Shown here piece by piece: positions 21,991-33,215 of a stretch of DNA of 64,000 nucleotides. Both the position numbers and the translations under genes were made by a program. The first letter of the stretch is position 1; every line of letters begins with the position of its first letter. Where the stretch lies: assembly GCF_036321535.1 (NCBI RefSeq), contig NC_087437.1, positions 22,136,001 through 22,200,000 on the forward strand, written 5' to 3'. Under the pieces are notes generated by a model. It did not search any database, had not been told where the DNA came from, and was given only the letters and a program-made list of their open reading frames with translations. Origin of the DNA: Camelus dromedarius (lineage: Eukaryota).

Positions 21991-22619
21991 TTTTTTTTTT
22001 TTATTGAGTTATAGTCAGTTTACAATGTTGTGTCAATTTCTGGTGTACAGCACAATTTTCAGTCATACATGAATATACATATATTCATTTTCATATTCTT
22101 TTTCACTGTGAGCTACTACAAGATCTTGTATATATTTCCCTGTGCTATACATTATAAACTTGTTATCTATTCTATATATACCTGTCAGTATATACAAATC
22201 TTGAATTCCCAGTCTGTCCCTTCCCACCCCCTCCCCCTGGCAACCACAGGTTTGTATTCTATGCCTGTGAGTCTGTTTCTGTTTTATATTTAAGTTCATT
22301 TGTCTTCTTTTTTTTTAGATTCCACATAGGAGTGATATCATTTGGTATTTTTATTTCTCTTTCTGGCTTACTTCACTTAGAATGACATTCTCCAGGGACA
22401 TCCATGTTGCTGCAAATGGCATTATGTTGTCATTTTTTATGGCTGAATAATATCCCATTGTATAAATATACCACATCTTCTTTATCCAGTCATCTGCTGA
22501 TGGACATTTAGGTTGTTTCCATATCTTGGCTATTGTAAATAGTGCTGCTATGAACATTGGGGTGCAGGTGTCTTTTTGAATTAGGGTTCCTTCTGGATAT
22601 ATGCCCAGGAGTGGGATTG
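21991..22619 (-). mobile_element. Relatively young 5'-truncated L1 with 15-bp TSD
   Basis: Poly-T tail. ORF2p C-terminal peptide [20 protein letters not shown]...W on the minus strand (22351-22557). Perfect TSD TGCATCTGTATGTTT at 21976-21990 and 22620-22634. Confidence 0.92.
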
Positions 22620-22972
22620 TGCATCTGTATGTTTATGCCTGTGGAAGCTTCTATTCCAGCTCACAACAATGCCTCCTTTCTTTTAGGACAAATTAGTGCT
22701 CAGCTACACAGTATTTTTTGCACTGGCTTTCAAATATTTAGTGTGTTAATCTGGTCTATATTCCAGTTAACTCTAACCTCAGGAACAATGAAACCATACT
22801 TTCTACTTCTCAACTCCTGCACAGAAAGTAGTGAATGAAGTATTTCTGGAGTGACTGAACTATACCATGGCTGAGGTGGAAGGATGCAGGTGTTGTGTTA
22901 AAGGCCTCCAAGAAACCAATCAGTAGTCCTTTCCAGACTGGGCACTGTGTGCACTTTGCCTGTGGCTGGTGA

Positions 22973-23027
22973 CACTCACACACGCACACACATAACACAC
23001 GCGCTTGCGCGCGCACACACACACACG
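22973..23027. repeat. Mixed (CA)n/(CG)n alternating purine-pyrimidine tract
   Basis: CACACACGCACACACATAACACACGCGCTTGCGCGCGCACACACACACACG. Confidence 0.85.
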
Positions 23028-23096
23028 TTGTGATGGTATTTATCAGGCACCAGTGTTTTTCTCCAAGCTCACTGCCTGTGATTCTATCACTTCTCT

Positions 23097-23595
23097 GTAG
23101 TGGTGACTGTGGGCTTTTGGCTGCCCAGCATTCAACCTCTGATTCTTGTAGGAATCCACGCCTCCTGCCCTTTTGGTACATGGGGTTCTTTTGGCACTAA
23201 CTCCTCCCTAAACTCTAGGGCTTGCCATGATGGAAGTCTGACTTCCTGGACACAGAGATTGGTTCAGAGCTGAACACATGACCCAGTTAGAGCCAATGAG
23301 ATACCCTGAGATTTCTGCTGAGACTTCCTGGATAAGAAGGCACACTTATTAAGAGGAGAAAACATATGGACTGGTATCTATGTTGCCTCCAAGAGAAGGG
23401 AGCCAAACAACAGGAAGCGGAGCCAAAAGACACAGAGAGAGAAACCAGGTGCTAGTGACATCATTTTAGCCCTGCTTCAAACTGGATCGCAAGTCACCTT
23501 ACCCAGGCTTTGCAATTACAGGAGCCAGTTACATTCTTTTTTTGCATGAGCCACTTTGGATGGGCTTTTCTTCCTGGTAATGCAAAAGATCCAAA
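23097..23595. mobile_element. MaLR LTR remnant (MLT1-type)
   Basis: GATTGGTTCAG...CACATGACCCAGTTAGAGCCAATGAGA motif. Confidence 0.6.
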
Positions 23596-25689
23596 CAAAT
23601 GCTGAACTTTCCAGTGTGTTGTAAGCTGTCTCTCCTATTGCACAAGCATCTCTGGGGCAAGACCCTTGCTTTATCTTTGTGTTTCCAGCAGAAGGCACAG
23701 TGCCTGGCACCTGGGATGCCTCCAAACCATGTTTATTTAATTGTGAACAGAAGTAGGGTCTTCAGATCCGCAGTACTGGCCCCTCCCTATCCTGCCAGAT
23801 TGGAATCTGCATTCAATAGGAACCCGGTGATTGACGTGCACATTCACATTTGTGTAGACCTATGGGCAATTTCATTTTGCAAACATTGAGCCTGGCAGGG
23901 TTCTGCACAAGAAGCGCCACCTCAGTTTAGTAATTCTGGCTGCATGTCAGGCTTCTTACAGTGGGCATCTTGCTCACAGGGTTCCATAAAGATACAGATA
24001 AAGATGCTCAGAAAGACAGGAGCAGCATCCACAGTGGGTCCATTCCCACGGAGTGAGGGAAGTGCAAGCTCCCCACGGCTTCCCCGTGGATGCCTGGATC
24101 CCTCCCATCCTGGCTGCTCGTCAAAGGACCAAATATTTGTTTACTTATGAATATGTTAACAACCCACTAGACTCTTCTTGGTTTTGGGAGCCTGAAGAAA
24201 GCTAATTGAAACCTGAATTCTGTCACAGTCTAGGGACGACTACATGTTAAAATGAATTCTGGGCTTCGGTCCTGCAGCATTTTTGCCATGTGGCTGACTC
24301 CAGAATTTTGATTTTGATTTTGAGTCTTTTTGAGTATGCATTTTTAAGAGGGCAAAAGGCAAGCAAGCATTGTATAAATAACAGAGAAAATGACGAATAC
24401 TCTCCTTTCTTAGCTTGTTTTCAGGTGATAAGCATATTTGACAAGCCAGACCCCATAAAAATTATGTTAGCTATAAATGACAATGTTGGTCTTGTTCTTT
24501 TTTTTTTTTTTTTCTGATTTCTGCTTGCCTCAATTTAGTAAGACTATATTTCTACCATAAGAATTTTGCACTCAATCATAATTTGAATTTTGAGTGGATT
24601 TATAAAGGCAGTCTCATCTAAGGATCATATATGCATGTTTTATGCATATGTACATGTGACATAAATGATTTGCAATAACACAGGGCAGAAGGAATGAGTC
24701 ATTTCTTTTCTGTAACTTAAGAATTTGTTTAAAAACAGCTGGTTGGAGACTTCAAGCTGGGAGCAGGAGAGGAACACAGTCATATCCTTCCTAGCTGCGG
24801 TTTGCTCTCCTGGAAGCGGGAGTGATGACTGACTCAGCATCGTCCCTTGGGGAACATGGTCCTGGCATTGCCTTTGGCAGTTGCTCTTCCAGCCTCTAGT
24901 GTCGAGCTGAGCATTGGCTGGGGATCAGTTCTCTGGGTTGCAATGATATGCTGGTGCCTGATAATACTCGAGGGCTTCTAGGAATTCCTAATGGCTTATA
25001 GATTATCACCTAACCCCTCTGATGGAAGTATCCCAGTGTGGGAACTTGAACTTTGATACCCAACATGTTACTCAGCCTTTGTTTCTTCGTGTCAAGTTAA
25101 GTGCCTTCATTTCCACCATGTCTAACAGCCAGCATGGTTTACAGCTCCAATTAATGGTCGAGAGCAAAGCACCGCAGATTAAACAAGACACACTGTGGGA
25201 CACGCTGACCTGGCGGCAGCCTGGAGGAGGACTCACTGGGCGAGAGCTCGGGACAGCTGGCCACTCTGGTTCTCACTGCTGAGGGTGGAAGACAGCCCTC
25301 AGAGTGCAGGGGAAAATCAAGAGTGGCAACAGATAGTTATTGATATGCTATATCCATTTATCTGTATAGACACACACACACATATATATGTTTGTGTGTA
25401 TAAATGTATTTTTAAGCTATTTCAGGGACAAATAGCATTTTAACATGTAAGAGCTGAGCAAAGAGGGGCTAAACACTCCACCTTGGGCTTAAGTGCACCT
25501 AACAGCCAACTGGCGCAGGCAGTGCTTCCTTCCTCCAGGAGAGGTACCAGCCCCTTTAGATTTGCCAAATTGGTGGCTGGTTCACTTTTCCAAAGCAACT
25601 TCATATTGGCCGTGAATGGGTAGAAAAGATCCTTCGACCTTCAGAGGATGATCACTGCTGACCTCTACTGAGTGTACTGTTCCGGCCAC

Positions 25690-25860
25690 TGTGCTGTGCA
25701 TGTATCTCATCCCCACAGTGACCCTCTAAGGTGGCCACTACTTTTATTCCGGCTCTCAAATGAGGCCCAGAGAGGTAGAGTAACCTGCCCACAGTCACAC
25801 AGCTTGTAACCAGTAGAGCAGGCAGTCTCAGCCCAGAGCCCAAGATCTTACCATTTAACT
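25690..25860. mobile_element. MIR SINE
   Basis: GAGGCCCAGAGAGGTAGAGTAACCTGCCCACAGTCACACAGC core. Confidence 0.7.
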
Positions 25861-28249
25861 CTTTTTTTTTTTTTTTAAAGAGTTTATAGTTGTTCTCATT
25901 TCAGGCTGACACGGCTACCTTTGGTCAAGTTGAAAACCTAGAACAGGGCTACTGATTTGCCAGGAAGAGGAAAACGTCACACAACCCCTTCCTTGAGTCT
26001 GAATAATTGTGGAGGGATCTTTGTTTTTTGCTTTTACAGGTTTTCTTTTTTTAAAGAAAACTTCAAATTGTCTAATCCAGAGACCCAATTAGGATATAAT
26101 TTCTGATCTGAATCATCATCATCATGTAGTGTCCCTACTTTGAATCAAATGAACAGTTTTAATGGAAACGTCCTATTTGGGTACAAGAGGAAAGCAATTA
26201 TTTCTGTTTTCATGCCATTTAGAATCAGCTGACATCGCATGATTTAGGAGGACTTATTTATGTGTTTTCTTAGTCAGACGTGTGGGCAGGGGACCTCAGT
26301 GACCGTGTTGTTAATAAAGATGCACATTGAAAACTTAATCTCACATAGATGTCACTTTTTAGAGATTGAATCCTCAAGACATTATGAAAATATCCTGTGA
26401 TGTTCAGAGCAGGTTAAAAATTTTTTTTTTCAAAACTGTCATCTTCCAGAGTATCATGTACTTAAAAATAAAGATAAAGACATTGCGTTGGTGTGACAAG
26501 TATTACTGTTTCATGTCATAGCTCTGTTCACTGACAGGAGACAGCGGAGGGGCACAGATTTGGTTACCCAGGGAGTACACACAGATCACTCTGGCCTGTT
26601 GAACAATCAGTAAGAGGCAAGAAGTTGGGGGGATTTTGATTAAGAGTAGTGTTATGGGGGGGGGTGACAGAACAGACGAGTATGAGCCAAGGACCCAGAG
26701 TGATCTATGGGCTTATTAACTTCCTCAGGAAAGAGTCTTTGGGGTTCCCTTCACTTTCCCTGAGCAGCCAAAGAAAACATTAAATCTTGGTGTCTTTTTC
26801 CAGGTGGTGGTCTCTGATGAAGAGACACTGTCACCCACCAGCTGGAGACCTTTTTTAAAGCCTGTTTTGTTATTGACTTTATCTCATTGGCAAAAAAATT
26901 AAATGAGATGAGACTCCTTGTAGACCCTGACATGTAAAAGTGCCAGATGGTCTAATACTGAAGGAATTCTTCCAGAAACGAACAAAAGCAAGCCCTCCAT
27001 GGACAAACTTGTTTAAAACTGATTTGGGAGTGAGGGAAATGGCATCAGGGAGGAGGAGAGGGTGTGCAGGGGTTATAAACCCGCGAGTAAGATGTGAGTT
27101 AGGATGAGGTTGAAGATTCGATTTCCTTCAATACAACATCCTTAGTGAGCGGTAACTTCTCTTGATCCTTCCATCCAAGCTTGATATTTTTCTCTCTTCC
27201 CCTTTGTTGAGACTTAGGCAAGCAAAACAGCCCAGAACGGCATCCTTCACTCCCTTACCACAAACAAACAAAACAAACATTAATTCCACAAACATATATT
27301 TAAGACTCAGATTTGGAACTCACGGAAACGGTATCAGGCAAGGAAATTAGGAGTTTTGGCTGAAACGCCCCTTCTCCTTGGCTCCTATAGTTTTGCCTAC
27401 AGCTTGCAGGGCACTGAAGGAATTAATTTGGGGGAAAAAAATCAAAGGCTTTTCACATTAAACAGCCTTTTCATGTTCATAAGCCATCTGTGCTGTGACT
27501 TCAACCAGCAGGGTCTTGATGTTGCCATGTTCCCTGCCCAGGAAGTGAGCTTGTACTGTCCTGAGGGCGAGGCGGCCCCCGGGCTGGCTGCGCTCACTGA
27601 GGGAGGCGCTGGTGATGGGGCTCTGTTGTCCTCCAGCCTGGCTAGATGTAAACAGGAGTCAGGAGCCGGACAAACATTCCCAGGGTCCTGTGAGGCCCAC
27701 AGCATCTGGATTCCTTCTTCTCTTAAGCAGCGGGTCTGATTTCACTGATATCTTCTCTACTACTTACCCGGGTCCGGGGTGCTCCCGTTTATGCCAGGAA
27801 TGTTCTTGTATTGGGCAAAGCTACAGTAGCTTAAAAATTCAAATATAGATTCTCAAAAGTATATATACAATAATTCAGCAGAAGTTTCAAGCGCTGTAAT
27901 GTGCAAGGGACAAAGACAGATGGATATTCTCTGCCCTTTTGGAGTGAAAAGAGACAGACTAATAAACAGTTTAGACACAGTGCCACTGTAGGGCAAGATC
28001 AGGGATGGAGGAAGACTTTCAAGGAGGGAGGAGGGGCTAATCCCCACTGGGTGGGGGTGCTAAAAGGTTTCCAAGAGGAAGTGATGTCTCCTTAGGGGTC
28101 TGAAAAGTGAATGGGGGTTCTCTGAAAGGGGTGCCGTTGAGGCCGGGCTAGGGCACTGGACAGAGGAAGCAGTGGGTGCAAAGACCTGGGAGAAGTGCTG
28201 TGGGGCCAGTGTCTAGAGGGGGAGTGATGAAGGTGGAGAGATTGGCAGG

Positions 28250-29190
28250 ACTGCTGGTGGCTTCCCAAATGCATCATCCTCTTCCTCTGCAGTCACAGAA
28301 CCACCAAATGCTAACAAGGCACATGGCTGCCCAGAATAAAGACTACATTCCCCAGCCTCCCTTGCAACTGGATGTCACCCACGTTCAAGTCCTGGCCAGG
28401 GAGGAGGAAATACAAGTGATATGCATATCCTGTTGGCTGTGCCCTCTTTAGAGTGTGTCCTTCCTCTTTGCCCTTCCTGCTTCCTGTGGGCTTGTTGCAG
28501 CAAAGTGTGTTACAGCTCAGTGTTACAGCTCAGTTGTGACAGCAACCTGGATCCGGGCGAGAGACCAAGCAGCACTTGAAGGGTTGGAGAACGCAAGAGG
28601 AGTTAGCATTCCAAGCTCTGGACCCTGTCTGTAGGTTTACACAGGCCTTTATAGGCTGCCAGTCTAGACTTTGCAACATCATACACAAATAAGATGTAAC
28701 AAAGTTGACTAATTAGGAATGAGCTTTGTAGAAATGGACCCATCAGGAGTGATAGAAATGGACCAACCAGGAGTAAGCTCCATGCAAATAAGGCACTACA
28801 AGTGGGCCAATCAGGAGTTAGCCCAGGGAACCAATAGAATCTTAGGGGTAAGTTCCGCTTTCCTAGAAGCAAGCCTTTTCAGAGACAAAAAGCGAGATAA
28901 TGCTGCTGGGCCAGGGAACTGGATGGTGCTGGCAGGAGAGTAGTGGCCCTGTCTGGGGATCTTGCCGTCTTTTTCATGGGGCTTCCCACCTCAGGCTGGA
29001 ATGTGAATGAGGTCATGAAACTTCTGGGAATGGCTCTGCCCCAAGAGAGGATCTGGGTCTTGTTCCTGGAAGCATCTTGCAGTCATGGACAGCTGATGCT
29101 CAGATGGAGATGTGAAAGAAAGGTAAACTTCTGTCTTATTTAAGTTACTGGTAGTTTGGGTCTCTGTTACAGCAGCTGTCCTTCTATTCA
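28250..29190. mobile_element. MLT1 LTR interrupted by a younger LTR
   Basis: CACATGGCTGCCCAGAATAAAGACTACATTCCCAGCCTCCCTTGCA on the left. The host sequence rejoins as TTCCTGTGGGCT|GGAATGTGAATG when the insert is removed. Confidence 0.7.
28493..28993 (-). mobile_element. Solo LTR (501 bp), ERV1/gammaretrovirus-like, with 4-bp TSD
   Basis: TG at 28493, CA at 28992-28993, GGCT on both flanks. Minus-strand TATAAA at 28648-28653, CCAAT boxes and internal repeats. Confidence 0.8.
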
Positions 29191-29874
29191 AAATAATTTA
29201 AGAGGTAAGCTGGGCCAGATGTTTCTTTCTTCCATTTGAGTAGCACATTTATGGAGGGTCTGCTCTGTGGATGGACTGTGTGAAGCTGGGACTATAGCGG
29301 TGACCAAGCTGGACAGAGTGCCCACTTCCATGGAACTAGACTCTAGTGAGGCTGTTTGTGGGGCTTTGCTAACAGAGTAATAATGATGATGAGGATGAGG
29401 ATGGGAACGAATATGATGGTTAGAGTAGCCAAAGTTCATCAAGAGCTGTCTCTGTGCCAGACACCATACTAAGTACTTTTCATGTTATTTCATGTAATTC
29501 TCATGACAGCCCCACGACATAGCTGATATTATGGCCCCATTTTATAGATGGAGAATGACGAGGTTAAATACCTTGTCCAAAGTCGCATGAAGGAGTTTGC
29601 TCTCCATTTTTGAGAGCTGTGGGAAGCAGGCTGGAATCTGAAGCATCTGTGGATGTAAATGGGTAAGTGTGGCCATAGGTGTGGGTTCAGATTAGTAGGT
29701 TAGTTTAGGGTTTAGGCTTTATCTAGACCTTGAACTTTCAGGTTGCTGCTACCTCCTGTTGGTGGCTGACCCCTTAGCTCTCTGACAGATCACACAGCTG
29801 GTCTCTACACAGCTGGCTATCCCTACTTGCCGACTCCAACCACAACTCCATCCAGAACTATTATGAACTTTTTC

Positions 29875-30985
29875 TTTATTTTTTAATGTTTAATTTTGAA
29901 ATAATTTCAGACTCACAAAATGGTGCAAGAATAGCACAAAGAATTTTCCCCTTTACTCAGATTCCCCAAATGTTAGCATTTAATCTAGCCCCAGTAAAAT
30001 TATAAAAACCAGAAAAGTAATGATGATGCAATACTCTTGCATAATCTAGAGACCGTATTCACATTTCACCAGTTTTCCATCTAATATCTGTTTTCTGGTC
30101 CAGGATCCAATCCAGGATAGCATGTTGCACTTAGTCGTTCTGTCTCCCAGTTTCCTTTAATGTGTGACAGCTTGCTCCTTAGTCTTTGTCATTCATGACC
30201 TTGACCTTTTTTGATGAATACTGGCCAGTTATTCTGTGGAGTGTCCTTTCATTGGATTTGTCCAGGTTTCCTGGTGATTAAATTCAGGTTACGCATGTTT
30301 GACAAGAACAGCACAGAAGTGATATTGTGTCTTTGTGCAACATATCAGGAGGCACATGAGATTGATTTGATCCATAACAGGTGGTATTAACTTTGGTAAC
30401 TCAGTTAAGGTGCTGTCTGACAGGTTTCTCCACTGGGAAGTTACTATTTCCCCCTCTGTAACTGGTAAGTATGTTAGGGGGAGATAATCCGAGACCATGT
30501 AAACATCTCGTTTCTCATACTCATGCCTATTAATTTTCACACCCATTGATAATTCTTGCTGGGAACAATTATTCCTGTGGTATTTGTCAAATTCTCTATT
30601 TCCATCATTCCTTCTACATTTATTAATTAGAATTCTACTGCAAGAGCTTTTCCTTCATTCTTATTTATTTGTTTATTCAATTATTTATTTATATCAGTGT
30701 AGGTTTATGGCTTTTATTTTATTCTATGGGCAATTATCTATTACTATCATTGTTTACTTTATGGCTAAAATTATCCTAGATTTGGCCAGTTGGTTTTTGT
30801 GTCATTTTGACATAGTCCCATCACTTTTTTGAGCCTTTCTTACTTTTTGGCATTGTAAGGTGGTCCAGGCTTGTCTTTTACTTTTCTTTCCCTGTGCTGG
30901 AATCAGCCATTTCTCCAAGGAGTCATGGTTCCTTTTATTGGAGAATGACATTTAGAAATTAAGATCTGAGTGCTAGATCTGGTCA
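29875..30985 (-). mobile_element. Old L1 (L1MC/ME-type) 3' region
   Basis: TTTAATTTTGAAATAATTTCAGACTCACAAAA...TGCAAGAATAG and GGAATCAGCCATTTCTCCAAGGAG. Confidence 0.8.
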
Positions 30986-32934
30986 TCAACTGGAACGCTT
31001 GTATGCCTCTATACAAGGGGCCTTGGTTGTGTATTGCCATTTCTCATTCTTTCCTGCTCAGTTACTTCTTTATCATCAACTTATTTTTATGGCCCGCGAG
31101 AGGTTCAGATATAAGCTAATGTTCTAACAGTTACAGAAACTACCAGTGTGCATATTTATTTTTATTTACTCTATTTCAACAAATATTTATTGACTATTTA
31201 CTGTTCTAACAATTCATCTTTTCCCCTGTGAGCACCAAAATTGATTTCTACTATAGCTGAAAGGAGACTAGATTATGGATAATCTAACTCTGCTTATGTA
31301 CTTGTATGTTTTGGTATGAATAGACTAGATCTATTTAATTCCTTATCTACTGGTTAACTCAATCCATTTGCTCAAGCTACTGGACAATTTAGTGGAGGAA
31401 AAATCAGTGTGGCTGGTTGTTTGGCAGAATTAGACCCTAAACAACTAACTATATTTTTCATTTTTTAAACAACTGTGTTTTTGTGTAGATATAGCTTTAG
31501 TTAGAAATTCAATTGCCCAGTTTGTGATGTATTTGCCAAGATGGTTGAGTCATATCAAGTCAGCATAGCTTAATACTCTCGAGTACACCTTCCCCTGAAG
31601 GATATCATAGTTATATGCATAGTCAACAGGTGATTTACGAACTTCAAGGCCAAATATCCCAGTGCAAAAGCTAATCTGTTCTGTTTTGGTGAAGGATATC
31701 TCTATTTCATTTTCTATGGATTCCTCGTCAAATTCACTCTATAGATCAAATAAGAGTGCAGTGAGGAAACCCTTGGAACACGATTCAATCATGCTGATTT
31801 AGCCAACAATTTCCCACGTGAGTAGTGCTGTTGGAGCAGTCATATAAATCAAAACACTTAATTCTTCTTATCTAGAAAGTCAAAGACTTCCCTACATTGT
31901 ATTTGATGTATTTGGTGGCAGATGACAGACTAAGGAGGAAAAATGCAAGATTTCAAAAGAGAAGTTGGGAGGAATTTTACATATTCTTATAAAATTTTTT
32001 TTTTCTGTTGTCCAGAGCCACTTCCCCCCAAAATGAGCACTTCCTGGTATGATCAAACCTGGGTTGTGACTATAAAATAGTTGCTGATCAAGAGATATGC
32101 TTGAATGGGATGGCACCAGACTTGACCATGGCACCGTCCTTCCAAAGAGAGGGGCATTCCCAACAGGCTTAGAAAGGACATCTGGATATCTCTGATACTT
32201 CCTGTGTGCCTCTCAGAATTACTTCAACAGAAGAGTGCTTTTTATGAGTAGCTCTTCCCTTAAAATTGTATTCTGAAAGAATAAGATCCATTCCAGTCTT
32301 CCATCTTAGCCTCTCGAGACACAATGTGATACCATTCTGAAACCACTTGGGAGCATTATTTCTTCCTCCAGAGCTCCTGATGAAGAAAAAGTCAGCCCCT
32401 AGAGACTTGTCTTCCTGTTGGCTCCTACTGCTCCAGTGGATAGGCCTCAACTTCAATTCCCCTTGGTAGATTACCCCTGTGGGCAGGTATTATTGCCATC
32501 ATGGGAATTGTGGGGCAGAGCAAAACTCGCGACTGACTCAGATCAGCCAACCTGGCAACAGAGTATCCTATCCCTCAGTATATGTCAAAAACCTAACACA
32601 CAATCTGGCGTTTGTCAAACACCTTCTCAGGACCACCTCCCACCTCCCACGTACACTTTAATTCCATGTGTTGTTTCTGTAGGTAATTGCCCTAGAGGGT
32701 TTAGGGGGATTCTGCAAACCAGTTCTTGTACCTTGGAAATAGGACTTATGTTTTCCTCCTCTCCTGGGATTCTATGCCTGTATGATCCTCTAGCACTGCA
32801 TTCACTTCTTCAATAAGGTGGTCGTTTTCTGCATTAGAAACATGCCCATGTTCTTCCTGGGAGAGCTAGGCCATCTGTCCAAGAAATGCTGCAGTGAGAA
32901 GATCTGACATGACATGGACCTGCTTTGACTGTGA

Positions 32935-33215
32935 AAGGAAGGAAACGTGGCACAGGCTCACCCCAGGGCCTTTGCACTTGTGGTACCTTTTGCCTGGAAT
33001 GCTGTTTCCTGAGATTTTTTGGCTGTTCCCCTCGTGCCATTCAGGTTTCAGCTGAAATGTACCCTCTCCAGAGAGTCTTTCTTGACCACACAGGCACTCT
33101 CTTTCCTGTCCCAGTTTTATTTTCTTCATAGCACTCATCATTACCTGATATTTTGTTGGTTCCTTGTTTACTCGACACTTAGGGGGCTAGACTAGGAACC
33201 TCTTGGGAGCAGGGT
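32935..33215 (+). mobile_element. L2 fragment
   Basis: CCAGGGCCTTTGCACTTGTGG...TGCCTGGAATGC...TCAGCTGAAATGT. Confidence 0.7.
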
